Positions 13,337 through 28,465 are shown, counted from the first letter of the stretch. The stretch is 64,000 nt of DNA from Eledone cirrhosa (GCA_964016885.1 OZ024747.1:50778001-50842000), one strand, 5' to 3'. The notes: generated by a model from the letters alone, not told the origin. Made by a program: numbers and translations.

Positions 13337-14208
13337 AAGAGCGGTGCGGTGTGGTGTGGTGTGGTGTGGTGTGGTGTGGTGTATAGGAGTATGTGAGAGT
13401 GTGTATATGTATACATTTGTGGTTGTGTGTATGTATGTAAAATATACGAACAACGACAGATTATAATCAATGTTGTATGTGACTATGTATGACGATGTTG
13501 TGGCTGCAGTTGCTTTTGTTGTTTAGTCTCAGATCAACTCTCATTCAACAGAGCTAGGGTCAAATTGTATTCCAATCATAAGGAGCTCATCATCCAATGT
13601 TAGTGTTTTTTAAGTTGACAAGACGTAGGATTTGAGAAAATTTAGCAGCCGCTTCTAACACATCGCGACATCAGATACAGGCTAGCTTGCCTCAACTGGA
13701 AGCTTCCTACTTAATTCACGGAGAGTCTACTCCGTTTTGAATCGAGCTAGTTTAAAGCTTCTTATTTAACTGCAAATTTTAACGTTTACGCAACTATAAC
13801 AAAACTGATACTTCGTCCACAAATAAATGTAATATATCTATATTTATATCTAAATATAATAACATAATATATTTATATATACAGCTAAATTTAACAATAT
13901 GATAAATTTATACAACTAAAACAAATCAAAACAAAATGTACAGGCTGCTTGGCCTCTAAGGAGAAAATGAGACTAAGGGACGCCAAATATTTTTTTACAA
14001 ATCAAATTCTATTAAAAATAACTATATATAGACAGAAAAATACAAAACAAAAATAAAATACGTATTTATATATATATATATATATCTATATCTATGTATA
14101 TATTAGTATGTGTGTATGTATAAATAACTGTATGTATGCGTATACAGACACGCAATTACGCACGTTTACGCACACACATACACACGCACACATGTGTATA
14201 TGAATATA

Positions 14209-14274
<66 letters not shown>

Positions 14275-14479
14275 TTGGCAAGATAACAACCGAGTAACTG
14301 CCAATAATATAAAAAAAGAAGGGAATAAATTGTCATATGACAATTAAGGGAACAGACGGCTGAATATATATATATATATACATGCATACATACATACATA
14401 TATATATATGCATATATACATACACACGCACACACGCACACACTCACGCACAAACACACACATATATATATATATAAAA

Positions 14480-15379
14480 AAATGTAGAAGTTCTATTTAA
14501 ATTGTTGGGATACAACAAGCAAATATTTTTATAACTGATATAAAGCACTCAACAAATTATTGGAGTAAAAATACGATATATTAACAAATGAAAACTATAT
14601 TTATAAAACCATATTTATTTCATTATACATATTTCAAGGATTCCAAGTTGAATTATGGTGTGCTTTCATCAGATAAAATATAATATAGATCAGTTTTATA
14701 AATAAATATTGACATACCCTTAAAGAATGCGACCATTTCTGTTGGAAGCTCCCGGATAGTGGGGTTATAAATTTATTTATACTATTATGTAAATTAGTGT
14801 CGGATATTTTAAAATCTAAGTAGATTTAAAATAAGCTGTTGGGGTATGGAGAGAGGGAAAGAGAAAAAAGAAAAAAGCAAAAAGAAAAAAGAAAAAAGAA
14901 AAAAGAAAAAAGAAAAAAGAAAAAAGAAAAAAGAAAAAAGAAAAAAAAAAAGAAAAAAAAAAAAAAGCAGCTTTAAGAGGAAAATAAGAAAACGAGAAAA
15001 AGAGAAAGAGAGAAAGAGAAGAAAAAAGAAAAGAGAAAAGAGAAAGCGAAAGAGAAAAAGAAAGCCCTAAGTGATAGGTTGTTGTATTAGCATAACTTTT
15101 AAGATGAAGTGAAAAAATAAATATTTTTGGATTAGTAAAGTAAATAAGTAAATAAGCGTGAATGGAAAATACTCGTGAGTGGAAAATGAATTTTAACCAG
15201 TGTTTAAATATGATTAAATGTTTAGTTTATCAATTAAATTATCCATCAAATTATTGAGATCTATACATTAAAAGTTGAGATCTATATATTATTAAAAATC
15301 TATATATTATTAAAACCCATATATTATTAAAGAATATATTCATATATATACGTACGCACACATACATACACATACATAT

Positions 15380-15444
<65 letters not shown>

Positions 15445-15854
15445 TACCTACACATACCATACACATATATAAATGACTTTTTATGTATAAGATATAGGAA
15501 TTTTTTTAAACTTATATATTTTTCTGAGAAACCAGGAGAAAAACATTTCTATGTAATAGCAAAAAATTAAGTTATTTACCTATATTAAATGTTATAAATG
15601 TCAAGATAACAAAGGAAATTTAAGATTATAGAAACCTTATGTTATAATACAAACCTTATATTATGAATTTTATATTTAGTAAATCCACCTGTTATGTAGT
15701 TGTGACTGTTATTATATAAGTTTGTTTATCACGAACCCTAAGGAAACCCTTATAATCTAGTGCATTTGAATTGTATGCATATATATATATATATAAACAC
15801 AACTCGCACATATATACACATAGACATAGATACACATACAGATAGATATGCATC

Positions 15855-15887
<33 letters not shown>

Positions 15888-18490
15888 CATATATATAGAG
15901 AGAGAAAGAGATAAATGTACAGTACATAGTATAATTGAAGTACATAATATATAAAAAAATACATAATATATAAAAAAATATGATAAAAATGAATTTTATT
16001 ACGATTTGGAAATATATTCTTACGTTATAAGCAATATAACTTTAAAACAATATAATTTAAAAAAAATATAATTTTAAAAAATTACAGAATATCTTAAGAT
16101 ATAATTTTAAAATAAGAATATGTCTAAAAAATTCAGTATAAAATTTAAATTTTTTATACAATATTTAACTCTCGGTATGTTTAACTTAATTTTATAACTA
16201 TATGGGAAATTTTCAAAGAAAAAGAAAGAGAAACTTTCAAAAGAGCAACTTTCAAAAATAGGAGAAACCTTTCAAAGAAAATATTTAATCCTTTTAAGAG
16301 CTTTCGGTATGTTTATCTAGAAAAATTTACTAGGAAAAAACTTTTATATTTGAGAGTTTAAGCAGTCAAATGAAGGAATCTAATGATTTATCGATAGGTT
16401 CAATATATTAATAGAATTAATTATATATTACATTTTAAATTTATATTTAAGCCTTGAGTTCAATCTAAGTCTGCAGCAACTGAATAGATTGCTTCTTACA
16501 TTTAGGGAATTTTTGCTTTTCAATATAAAGAATATGTTATATATTACATTTTAAATTTATATTTAAACGTTGAGTTCAATTTATAGATTGAATTCAACAT
16601 GTAAATATAAATTGTTTGCAGCAACTGAAAAGATTGCTTCTTACGTTCAGGGAATTTTTGCTTTTTAATATAAAGAATATTTCCTCGATACAAAGATCAC
16701 AATTTTCGGAAGAGGAGTTAAATGGAGGAGCATATGAAATAATATTCCAAAGTAACGAATATTTAACGTTCCTTGATTTAAGGTCCCATAATAAGCTAGA
16801 TAGAGAAGTTGAAGATTTTTTGTTTAAATGCGTAAAAGAGCTTTTATGGTTATTAAAACGAGATTTAAAATCTGTGGAACTAGATCCTACATAATTAAAT
16901 GAATTTAAATTAGTTATTACATTACAATTATATACTATATTTTTAGCTCAGCAATTGTTATTTAACGGACAATTAGATTTATTTATACAGTTACATTTAT
17001 CAAATTGGATATTGCTGGGGTTATTAGTGGTATTTTCGTTAGGTTTTAAATTTCTATTATTAATTCTATTAATATTCTGCGCTAAATTTTTGGTGGAGGA
17101 ATAAGTTAATTTTATAGTATGTCTATTAAAAATTGAGTAATATCTATGTGTTCTAGGGAAGCATTTGTCAAGAGCTTTAAAAGATAGTTTAACAATAGGA
17201 GTTTTAATATTTAATGAGAAAGGAGGAGCGAACCATAATATATTCCTAGTTCTATTTCTTTTTTGGTTTTCCGAATTATTGTAAGGTTTTCTATTATAGT
17301 TGTTAAAATTGTTAGGATTATGGTTAGTTGTTATATTATTATTATCAATGTATTTAATTTTATTTCTATATCCAGCTCTACCTAACGCTTCGTTGTAATA
17401 ATGTACTTTATCATCAAATATATTCTTATTAGCTGAAATTCTAGAAATGCGTTGCTGTACAGAATTCACTATGGTATTTTTAACGGATCTGGAGTGATTA
17501 GAGTTAAAATTAACGTAGTTTAAGTTCTCGTTTAGTTTGTGAAAAGGATAATGAAGACATGTGTTAAGGTTTAATGTTATATCTAGAAAATTAACTATTT
17601 TATGGTTATTCTCTATTTCTACTTTTAGATTAAGGTAATTAAAAAAATTGTATAATTTCTTTTCTTTTCCTATTTAATTCACAGTTATTATTTTCGATAA
17701 GTTAAAGCATGTCGTCACTATATAAACCTCCGGTCATCTCAGGTATTTTTCTATGTAGAGAATTATTTATAAAGAGGCCCACGAGAACCGTTACCTGAGC
17801 GGAATCGGATGATCCCATAGTGATATCGAAATTGTTTCTATCTGCTCTAGTCCAGAGTTGGTTGTTAAATTCTATTAATGTTTTCCGTGCCGTTAAGATA
17901 ATGTGCATTTCATTACTAGTTAAGTCTGTATGTTTAAATGCATATGTTAGTGCTTTATTAAGTAGATTAGGAGTGATGGATGAGTAATTATTAGCAATAT
18001 CCGATTGAATAAACTTATTATTATAGTTATATTTAATTTCCTTAAACCATTCGATAACTTCATTAGTTCCTTTCCATAATTTTAAATAAGATAATTCTTT
18101 AATTTGTGGTATTATTCTGTCTAAAATATTCTTGCTAAGTATGCCAAGGTCCGATTTAGATGGTGCAATTAATCTGACTGGTAATTCAGTTTCAAAGTTC
18201 CTTTTATGGTCCTTCATATTAATTTTAGGTTTCATTGGCATGAATGGTTGTGTCCTATTTTCAATGCCTAATTCATGCATTATATAAGAGGCATCTGTAT
18301 TCAATTTTTCAAGGTCGTCATAAGTTGTTATTTTGTATTTCTTCCTTAATTCCTTTAATATGAGATCGTTATAGATGTCCTTTTGTATTCTGTAAAGATT
18401 ATTGGTTTTGTCTGACTTGACTAGAATTTTTTCCGTTTTCTCAAAGTTTTCAATATTATTTTTGATATTTCTTAGGTAATCCTGGCCTAT
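14480..18490 (-). mobile_element. 5'-truncated, decayed Penelope-like element (Naiad-type motifs): RT, Cys linker, GIY-YIG, long 3' region with HHR
   Basis: RT motifs FDITMGSSDSAQ..LVGL and GLYSDD (17702-18304); ILWFAPPFS and CNC..CPL..C (16948-17469). Reading past the TGA at 16948-16950 gives NIVY..YVG..FKSRFNNH..SF..STSLS..W..CDLC..E..CC. The 5' end abuts (TA)n at ~18490; the 3' boundary is approximate. Confidence 0.9.
14617..14679 (-). ncRNA. Minimal type I hammerhead ribozyme in the PLE 3' repeat
   Basis: Minus strand: ATTTTAT-CTGATGA-aagcac...cctt-GAAA-TATGTA-TA-ATGAAAT; stem I of 7 bp including one G-U. Confidence 0.75.
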
Positions 18491-18899
18491 ATATATATAT
18501 ATACATTTTTATTCATATGTCTCTATGTGTGTGTTTATATGTTTGTATACTTCATGTTATCTATAGGCAATCTCCAAAAGAAGAAATCACACCCTCACCA
18601 ATAAGTAAGCAGCACATATTTTACAGCTGTTGGTTTCAGCGTGTAGTAAACGGGGTTTTAGTATATAAAATAATCCTCAGATCTTGTCAACAAGATGGTA
18701 GCGTTAAACTGCATAACAAATTTACAATCTCCAGTCTTACTTCGACCTATATCCTGATAGGTAAGTCAGTCATATTTAGGACATATATTTTACACTGCTT
18801 TGGGAATGCGTCACCGAATGATTCAGATGTTCTCTTCTGAAGCAAGCTGCTTCGGTTTAGATTCCATTATCTTGAAAATGTCGTTCTTGTTTAACTTTT

Positions 18900-20080
18900 A
18901 CAAAAGATTACCCTGAGCAAATTCACTACGAATCGTATATTGCTCCCATACAAAAGACTGTACTGTTGGTCACTGCATATATACTCAGGAAAGTACTATC
19001 TGTTTAAGGTCCGTCTAGAGACTTGACAAACGGTAGGAAGGTGGCCGGGTCTAAAATCCATATTAACATCATACGAGACTCGGATAGTAACACTGAAGCT
19101 ACATCTTCAACCGAAGAAAAAGGTCAGCAACCATCTTGCCCAGGTTTATGAGCGTGAAGGTAATAATATAATTAGGATAGCCACTGGTCTGGAAGAGAGA
19201 TATGGAATAAGGCCTGATATCAATCTCTCTCCTAGGAACATTGGAAGATCCTATTCAATGCTCGAACAAGTTAAAAAAAAATGGACAAATTTACAGAGAA
19301 ATTTGAGCATGGATACCTAAGACAAAATGCACAAACCATAGAGTGGATAAATCATTCAAAAAGCCTGGCATGGAGTTCCGACAAGTTTATAACATCCCAC
19401 CTTGAAAAATATCTCTATGCAATACAGGAACAAGACATCCCTACCAAATATTTACTACACAAAAGAGGAGCGCCATCATTCGACTATAAACGTAGGCTAT
19501 GTAAAATAAAGATCGAAGATGTTAGCCACATTATTGCCAACTGTGAAAGAATGTCGTCTCGTTACTACCTCCCTATGAGACACGATGCGATAGCTAGAAG
19601 CATCTGGAACGCTCTTAGGAAAACAAAATTAAAAACAAACGAGGAGGAATAAATGGCACTAAGGAATACTGGTGAAACCTGATTATGAAACTGTCACCAA
19701 ATTAAAGCACAGCAGCCTGATATTGTAGAGATTAGTTGCCCACTTGATGACAACGTTGTAAGAAAAATACAGAAGGAAGACATCTACGGACCATTGATGA
19801 GGAGTTTGCAGATCCAGTGTATAAGATAGACCTTCAGCTTCATACCCAATATTATTGAAGCTACAGGTTATATACCAACCAGCTTGGACCAAAGTATGAC
19901 TGAATTTTGGTTTGTGGACAAATAACGCAGCAACCTAATTCTTAGTCTACAAAAGGCCGCGATATCTGGCACCTTCAAAATTTGAAAAACTTCCTTGCAA
20001 TTCAAGGGATAACAATTTCATTTCTTTTACAACCTTGCCACCAGGAAGATGGCCGGTCAAAAATGTACTCGAAATTTAAG
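18900..20080 (+). mobile_element. Decayed 3' fragment of an RLE-type (R4/NeSL-like) non-LTR retrotransposon
   Basis: YAIQEQ..TKY, RLC..EDVSHIIANC..YLPMRHD (CCHC/RHD region) in ORF 19281-19652; frameshifted downstream. Confidence 0.75.
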
Positions 20081-20164
20081 AGAAAAAGAAACATACATGC
20101 ATACATACATAAATACATATATATCTACATACATACATACATAATATATACATACATACAAACA

Positions 20165-20198
<34 letters not shown>

Positions 20199-20502
20199 CA
20201 TACATACATACATACATGTATACATACTTATATGTATGTATACATTGTATGCAAATGCTTTTAGCAAATGGGATAATATGATGAATGTGTGGTGTATATT
20301 TGAATGTTGATATTTGTGCAGCTATTCTGAACAATTGTTAAACAGTTTGTATTTATAAAAGCCAGCCGTGGTCAGTTATACAACTATGCAATTCTCTTCA
20401 GCACTCGCCGCCATTTTTAGTTGATATCAAAATACCACAAACAGAAGGAAAATGGAATGACTGCAGATTACAATCGGAAATTCTACCATATTATTATTAT
20501 GT

Positions 20503-20820
20503 CGGGGTTAACTTTGCCTTTCATCCTTACGGGGTTGATAAAATAAAGTACCAGTAATACACTGGGATAATTGCTGACCTTGTAACAAAAGTAGAAACAA
20601 TTATTATTATTATTATTTTATTTAAGGCGGTGGATTGGCAGTATCGGTAGAGGTCGGACGCCATGCTTTCCAGCATAGTTACGTCCCTTTACGATCTGAG
20701 TTCAAATCCCGCCGAGGTTGACTTTGCCTTTCATCCTTACGGGGTCGATAAAATAAAGTACCAGTAATGTACTGGGTAATTGCTGGCCTTGTGTCAAAAG
20801 TAGAAACAATTATTATTATT
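20503..20820 (+). mobile_element. Partial (20503-20610) plus full-length (20625-20820) tRNA-derived SINE with Nin/Deu-like central domain
   Basis: A-box TGGCAGTATCGG, B-box GTTCAAATCC, central GCCTTTCATCCTTACGGGGTCGATAAAATAAAGTACCAG (resembles the Nin domain as I recall it), (ATT)n tail. Confidence 0.9.
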
Positions 20821-23060
20821 TTATTTATCTTGCTTTATGTTCATACGAGTTACCAGCAAGTCACAAACAGTGACCTCAAGAGACAACAAGGTCCGCCATG
20901 TTCAAGAAAGAACACATATACACACCGTTGCATCTTTAGTGATTTACTTATGTTGTGATGTACTTATATTGACAGAATCTTCCTTAGTATATGGGTAGTT
21001 CCCATTAGTACTATCTTTTGTATTTCTTCTATACGCGGGTTTCCTGTGATTTGCGATAAGTAATCATTAGACTCCTTAGGTATCATTCCTAGAGCGCCTA
21101 CAACCACTGGTATTGTTTTAGTTCTCAACTTCCACATTTTCCCAATCTCTATCTCCAGTTCTTTATACTTGCTCAATTTTTCAAATGATTTTATAAATAC
21201 ATTCATGTCTATTGGAACGGACATACCAATTAGCAGGCATACCCTCTTTTTAAAGTCCTTCAGTATTATATCAAGTCTATTTGCATCTATTTGTCGGTCT
21301 GTTTGGATACTAAAGTTCAACAAGATTGAGATGTGATCTTTTTCAAGTACCGGCGACGGTTGATGCCCCCACCAATTCTTTTGATGGGGAAGGTCAAAAT
21401 GCTTACACATTACCGAGTGTATGTATTGTGCAGCTCTGTCGTGCCTGTTTAGGTATTCGGTTGGAGCTATAGGACTGAACATTGAAATTATATGATCAAT
21501 GGTCTCTGGTTGTTTTTTACATACACGGCATAATGGGTTGCATCCAAATTTATGATGTTGGCTTGATCATTTTTTGTTGGCAGACACTGATCTTATGCTG
21601 ATATAATTAGTCCTTCAGTCTCCGATTTCAGTCCAGAGGATGCCAACCACTGATGGGTCAAAGTCTTGTCAACATCAGGATTGTTAGCTCTTTCTGGGTA
21701 TTTTCCATACATAGGCTTTTCTTGCCAGTTCTTAGCCAGTTTCTGTAGCAGTTCTTTCTTTGTAGTTACTTTTACCTGCTTTGCCTTTTCTGTGTTGTTC
21801 ATTTCAGCAGGAAAGGGAACTTCTGAAATTTGTAGTTCATTACTGTATCTTTGTGCATCTTTTGTAATGGAGTATGATCTTTTGATGCTTTCATTTTTCA
21901 AAAGGAGTTTTATTATCCAATCATGTGCCTCCCTTAGATATGTAGATAATCCAATTGTTGCAGTTTTCAAAGCAATGTCTAACTGGATTAATCAACGTCC
22001 ACCTTCTTTCCTAGGGAGATATATTCTATCTGTATCTGCCTCAGGGTGATGCATTCTGTGCATGGTTAAGAATTTTCAAATTTTTGTATCGAGCATACGG
22101 ATCTCTGTGCTTGACCAGTTGATGACATTGTAACTGAAGGTTACTACTGGTATAGCAAGTGTGTTTATGGCATCGATCATATTCCTTGCATTCAACTCTG
22201 TTCTTAAGATTGCTCTTACACTGCGGTAACATTCCTTCCTCATCCTTTCCCTCATTGTCGAGTGCTTGATTCCGTCTCCTTCACAAACACCTAGATATTT
22301 GTAAGTTTCCTCTTGATCAAGTTCTCTTATCACATTCCCCCGATCAAGATTAATGTCTGAACTTTTCAGCAGCTTTCCTCTGGTGAACGTTGCTTTGGCG
22401 CATTTATCTAGTCCAAACTTCATTTTAATATCATCACTGAACTGCTCCACAGTGGATAATAGACCTTGCAATTACTCATCATTTTTTGCAAATAGTTTCA
22501 GGTCATCCATGTAGAACAAGTGATTAATGGTTTTGTAATAGACTTTATATTCATGTTTTGTTTCATTGGGCATTTTACTTAAGTGCGATGCAAAATAAAA
22601 GCTGTAATAAAGAGTCATCCTGAAAAATTCCACAATTAATATTAACTTCTCCAGCTTCCAGTGATTTTGTTTCACTATTCAAACGGAGTCATACTGAATG
22701 ACAGGAACCTCCTGACAACGGGAGATATTTTGAAAATCTCTAAACACTTTTCAATCCATCTGTGCGGCAAACTATTAAATGCATTATTGTAAACTATCCA
22801 AGCAATTGATAGATTTTTGTGTCTATTATGACAAGCATTCCAGTATCATTTTGTTAATCAAAAGCTGATCCTTACAGCCATATGAGCCTCGTTTACACCC
22901 TTTCTGCTCATTGGGAAATAGATCATTTGTTATCAGGTGATCATATGTATATTCAGTTAGGGCTGATGTTAAAATTTTATACATTGTGGTCAAGCAAGTT
23001 ATTGGTCTGTAATTTTAGGGATTATTTGTCTCATCATTCTTCGGAATATTCCCAGCAAGC
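20821..23060 (-). mobile_element. Decayed R4/Dong-like non-LTR retrotransposon (RT + restriction-like endonuclease)
   Basis: FYMDDLKLFAK, FGLDKCA, YKYLG, GLKSETEGLI, RHD, NRLDIIL.D, EKLSKYKEL, IPVVVGALG across ORFs 20964-22675; the 3' end lies in a (TAA)n tract. Confidence 0.9.
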
Positions 23061-23339
23061 ATGAATGCGGTGTATATAGGGAGTAGACATCCCAAGTAAA
23101 TACATTAACATCCATGATTGCCTCGGAAACATAACCTTTTATTTAATTATAATGTCTAATGAAATCGCGATAATGATCGTCATTGAAATATGTATTACGG
23201 CCCAACTAATAAAGGACTCTTTAACATCTACTAGTTGGCATTTTCCTCATTCTAAATATACTCAAACATCTTTGTTTTAAAGACGTAACACAACGTCGAG
23301 TTCTTGAATTGAATTGCACCTCTCTCTCTCCCTCCCTCC

Positions 23340-23408
<69 letters not shown>

Positions 23409-23412
23409 CCCC

Positions 23413-23471
<59 letters not shown>

Positions 23472-23744
23472 CACAAACACTTATAATAAATTTATTAAAT
23501 ATATATATATAGGTGCGCGTGTGTGTGTGTACACGCACGTGTGTGTATGCATTTGTGCGTTTGTGTGCGTATCTCGGTGTGTATATATACATATATGTTT
23601 ATACATACGTATAAACACATATGTATATATACATAAACGACATACATACATATAGACACATACAGAATGAAAGAAACGCATACATAAGTAATTGTCCGCT
23701 CTAAAAACTCCGTGCACTTTATTGGCCTGGTCTGTCCAATCAAG

Positions 23745-25630
23745 CATTTTAGGTAGAATAACTAAACATAATACCACCAGCACCACCACCACTACCACCA
23801 GCATCACCACCACCACCACCACCACCACCATCACCACCACCAGTACCAGCACCAGCATCACCATTTTAGGTAGCATAACTAAACATAATACCACCAGCAC
23901 CACCACCACTACCACCAGCATCACCACCACCACAGCCACCACCATCACCACCACCAGTACCAGCACCAGCATCACCATTTTAGGTAGCATAACTAAACAT
24001 AATACCACCAGCACCACCACCACTACCACCAGCATCACCACCACCACAGCCACCACCATCACCACCACCAGTACCAGCACCAGCATCACCATTTTAGGTA
24101 GCATAACTAAACATAATACCACCAGCACCACCACCACCACTACCACCAGCATCACCACCACCACAGCCACCACCATCACCACCACCAGTACCACCACCAG
24201 AATCACCACCAGCAGCAGCATCACCAGTACGACGACCACCACCACAACCAGTACCACCAGCACCACCAGCACCACCAGTACCACCACCACAACCACCACC
24301 ACCACCACCAGTACCACCACAACCACCACCACCACGACCCCCATCACCACCACCACCACACCCACCACCAGCACCACCACCACAATCAGTACCACCAGCA
24401 TCACCACCACTACCATCAGTACCAGCACCAGCATCACCAGTACGACGACGACGACCACCACCACCAGCACCAGTAACACCACCACCAGTACCACCAGCAC
24501 CACCACCACAACCCCCACCACCACCACCACCACCACCACCAGCACCAGCACCACCACGACCACAACCACCAACATCACTTCTACCAACACCACCACAACC
24601 ACTATCATCACCACCAACACCACAACCACCATCACCACCTCCACCACCACCACAAGCACTAGCACCACCACCACCACCACCACCACCACCACCATCACCA
24701 TCAGCAACACCAGCACCACCAACACCAACACCAACACCAACAATAACAACATCAACATCACTACCACCACATCAACCAGCACCAACACCACCAAAAATTA
24801 CATCACATCACCACCACGACCACCACTTCCACCACGACGACCACTACCACCACAACCACTACCACCACAACCACTACCACCACTACCTCTACGATCACCA
24901 CTACCACCACGACCACCAATAACAACATCACCACTAAAATTACCACCATCTCCTCGACCAACAACACCACCATCACCACCACCAATAACACTCTCACAAC
25001 CAACATTACCACCACAACCTCCTCCACCAACAACCCCGCCAACAACACCACCATCATCACCACCAATAACACTCTCACCGCCAACATTACCACCACCACC
25101 TCCTCCACCAACAACACCACCAACAACACCACCAACAACACCACCAACAACACCACTACATCATCACCATCAACACCACCACCACCAACAACATTACCAC
25201 CACCACCTCCTCCACCAACAACACCACCACCTCCTCCACCAACAACACCTCCAACAACACCACCAACAACACCTCCAACAACACCCCCAATAACACCACT
25301 ACATCATCACCAACACCACCACCACCACCAACAACATTACCACCACCACCTCCTCCACCAACAACACCACCAACACCACCATCACCACCGACAACATTAC
25401 CACCACCACCTCTTCCACCAACAACACAAACCAACAACACCACTACCTCAGCACCACCAACACCACCACCACCACCAACAACATTACCACCACCACCTCC
25501 TCCACCAACAACACCACCAACACCACCATCACCACCAATAACACCACCAACAACACCACCAACACCACCATCACCACCAATAACACCACCAACACCACCA
25601 CCATCAACACCACTACATCACTACCATCAA
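23745..25630. repeat. (CAC/CAA)n low-complexity tract; its first ~450 bp is four copies of a 114-117-bp minisatellite
   Basis: Marker cattttaggtag(c/a)ataactaaacataatacc at ~23745, 23862, 23976 and 24090. Confidence 0.9.
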
Positions 25631-25823
25631 CTATATTGTTATTAGTGTAAGAAGCCGTATGAAATATTAATGTATTCCTCCTGTAGGGAATACTCTTGCC
25701 ATAGAACCGCTACAATTGGCCAATTAATACTTCATTGTTTCACTTTGGCGGGTTTTTGTTTCTCTTTTGTCTTTCGTCTTCGATTGTTTTCCCTTTCTAA
25801 TGGGACACATTCTTAGAAAATTT

Positions 25824-26021
<198 letters not shown>

Positions 26022-26117
26022 GATATGTAGATAGATATATATACAGACGTATGCATAACTACAACTATGAAAAAATAAGTAAAAATGTGAAACAAATATA
26101 AACATAAACAGCAAAGT

Positions 26118-26189
<72 letters not shown>

Positions 26190-26220
26190 TGTGTTTGTAC
26201 GTTTGTACATTATATGTAAG

Positions 26221-26303
<83 letters not shown>

Positions 26304-26306
26304 TTG

Positions 26307-26337
<31 letters not shown>

Positions 26338-26418
26338 GTTTATATATATACAATTTGTAATATTCATTTTCACAGTTTGATAGTGTCTGAACGCATAATA
26401 GATTATTTTTCGTTTTCA

Positions 26419-26517
26419 CTCATTGCGCACCCCACTCTCTCTCATGGCGCACCCCACTCACTCTCATGGCGCACCCCACTCACTCTCATGGCGCACCCCA
26501 CTCTCTCTCATTGCGCC
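26419..26517. repeat. 22-bp minisatellite, about 4.5 copies (catggcgcaccccactcactct)
   Basis: Units start at 26421, 26443, 26465 and 26487. Confidence 0.9.
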
Positions 26518-26773
26518 TTTACTTTCTTTTTTTTCATTCGTTAAGATATACTTACTGAGAGTGCTGGGCTGATGATATACATAACTGGACTTATACCCAC
26601 ACACACATGAATAAGCATACGACTAACATACACAGGTATACTTAGATTGTGAACACTCTCCCTCTCCCTTTCTATCTTTCTATCTCTCTATATATGTATG
26701 TATATATATCTACATGTATATATACTTACATATGTACAGTATGTGCGTGTGTGTGTTTCTCTGTGTGTGTGTG

Positions 26774-26958
26774 TGTGGATTGGCAGTATCGGTAGAGGGT
26801 CGGACGTCATTCTTTGACGCATAGAGTTACGGCCCTTTCTATTCTGAGTTCAAATCCCGTCGAGGTCAACTTTGCCTTTCATCCTTACGGGGTCGATAAA
26901 ATAAAGTACCAGTAATGTACTGGGTATTTGCTGGCCTTGTGCCAAAAGTAGAAACAAT

Positions 26959-26960
<2 letters not shown>
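26774..26960 (+). mobile_element. tRNA-derived SINE, full length
   Basis: Same A/B boxes, central domain and tail as 20625-20820. Confidence 0.9.
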
Positions 26961-27021
<61 letters not shown>

Positions 27022-27022
<1 letters not shown>

Positions 27023-27290
27023 CGTAGGTCCCGGGTTGAGTCGGGGGGTAACCACAGTAAGTAAGGTACTCAATACGTGGCAGAGTAAAAAATATTTATT
27101 GTATAGAAGGAGCTTCTACAGGACTAGTACTGTTTCATTTCATCTGAATGAAACAGTACTAGTCCTGTAGAAGCTCCATCTATACAATAAATATTTTTTA
27201 CTCTGCCATGTATTGAGTACCTTACTTACTTTCATCTGAATGAAACAGTACTAGTCCTGTAGAAGCTCCTTCTATACAATAAATATATAT
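27022..27290. mobile_element. Fold-back PLE-terminal-repeat-like unit with half-HHRs, in (TA)n
   Basis: Inverted arms ~27054-27140 and 27147-27230 pivot on ttcatctgaa; each carries GAAACAG..CTGTA; a third partial direct copy is at 27231-27283. Related to the unit at 36211-36398. Confidence 0.8.
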
Positions 27291-27619
27291 ATATATAGAC
27301 AGTGAGATAGAGAGATAAAAAAGAATACAATACTTTGTTATTGTAGAATACACAGAAACTTGATGGTAAACCATACCATATCCATAACCAGATATAGCCA
27401 AAAGAAATGCCACCGATGCCATAAATGCTACAGTATGGTTTAGAACATGGACGGGACCCACAAATATAGGGCCGCATTTATACTTTTGAAAGTACGGACT
27501 GCTGAAAGGGGTACAATGTTTGAAGACCAGCCTTCATATTCGAGTATATTTTTCTCCGATTTCATTTTACTTTCTGTCTATTTTTTCAACTGTGTTTTCA
27601 ATCTGTCTTTCATTATTTT

Positions 27620-27712
27620 AACTTTGCCTTTCATCCTTACGGGGTCGATAAAATAAAGTACCAGTAATACATTGGAATAATTGCTTGCCTGTGCCTAAAG
27701 TAGAAACAATTA
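27620..27712 (+). mobile_element. 5'-truncated SINE copy
   Basis: Central domain and 3' tail only. Confidence 0.85.
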
Positions 27713-28239
27713 TTTATGTTTGTACTGGTGGTAGTGGGTGCTGAAAATTTCCTGGCTTAATCGTTGCTACAGAGGTCTTGTTGGTGGCCCAACATCCCGA
27801 GTTCTTTTTACAGGGTTTAATATCCTCCAGTATTTTCTTACACCCAAAGTCAGGCACTTATAGTTATATTTCATAAAATAACTGAGTTTTAGGGAGTCAA
27901 TAGTATTTCAAAATGTTGATGCCACTTAATTGTTGTCAATTGATTTCTATATGCCATTCCAACGTAAAATATTTCCCCCTAGCTGGTGTAGAATCTATCA
28001 GTATACTCTGCAGTGATAATAATTCTATTCTGCAGCAATCACAGTGGTTTCGTTTTGAATATCAAATAAGTTGTACCCCTTGAATTTCCCCTGAAAAAAT
28101 GAAGCTCTGTTCCGGTAATTTGGATAACAGCAACAGTAATGAGTTGCATTATGAAATTTCACAGCCGGCAGATTTTTCTGAAGCCAAGAGCAGCAAAGGT
28201 CTAACGAAAGCCTGGCCAGGATAACAGTCGACCGACAAG

Positions 28240-28465
28240 ATCCCAGACGTCACTCGCTTAACGAGTAGGACGGAGCTCACCAAATCGAAGCGAGGAAACA
28301 ATGTTTCCAGTGGTCTTTTCAATAGCTATCTACCGGTCGCAAATCCAAGCAAAAATAGGCGAAAGAAAGTGTCTTGCTCAAGGACTTAAGGCATCACCCG
28401 GTCCGGGAATCGAACTCACAACCTCACGATGAGGAATCCAATTATCTAACTCAGCCACGCGCCTG
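28240..28465 (-). mobile_element. Second SINE family (tRNA head + CORE-like ccttgagcaagacactt)
   Basis: Minus strand ggcgcgtggctgag..gagttcgattcccgg..gtccttgagcaagacacttt; a related copy lies at 42560-42778. Confidence 0.7.

Noticed and set aside
14846-15070. Lys/Arg-rich ORF
   Set aside because: (GAAAAA)n purine tract within the PLE 3' region.
16948-16950. In-frame TGA in the Naiad-type ORF as selenocysteine
   Set aside because: It falls at the Leu position after the last Cys (TTA in the copy near 31597), the element has other disabling lesions, and no SECIS was evident; most likely a nonsense mutation.
20625-20715. tRNA gene
   Set aside because: The A/B boxes belong to a multi-copy SINE head; no cloverleaf.
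23481-25443. Thr/Pro/His-rich or Val-rich long ORFs
   Set aside because: Trinucleotide low-complexity DNA that is open in several frames on both strands; no signal peptide or splice support.
26419-26517. Regular short repeats as a CRISPR-like array
   Set aside because: No unique spacers, eukaryotic context, no cas genes.
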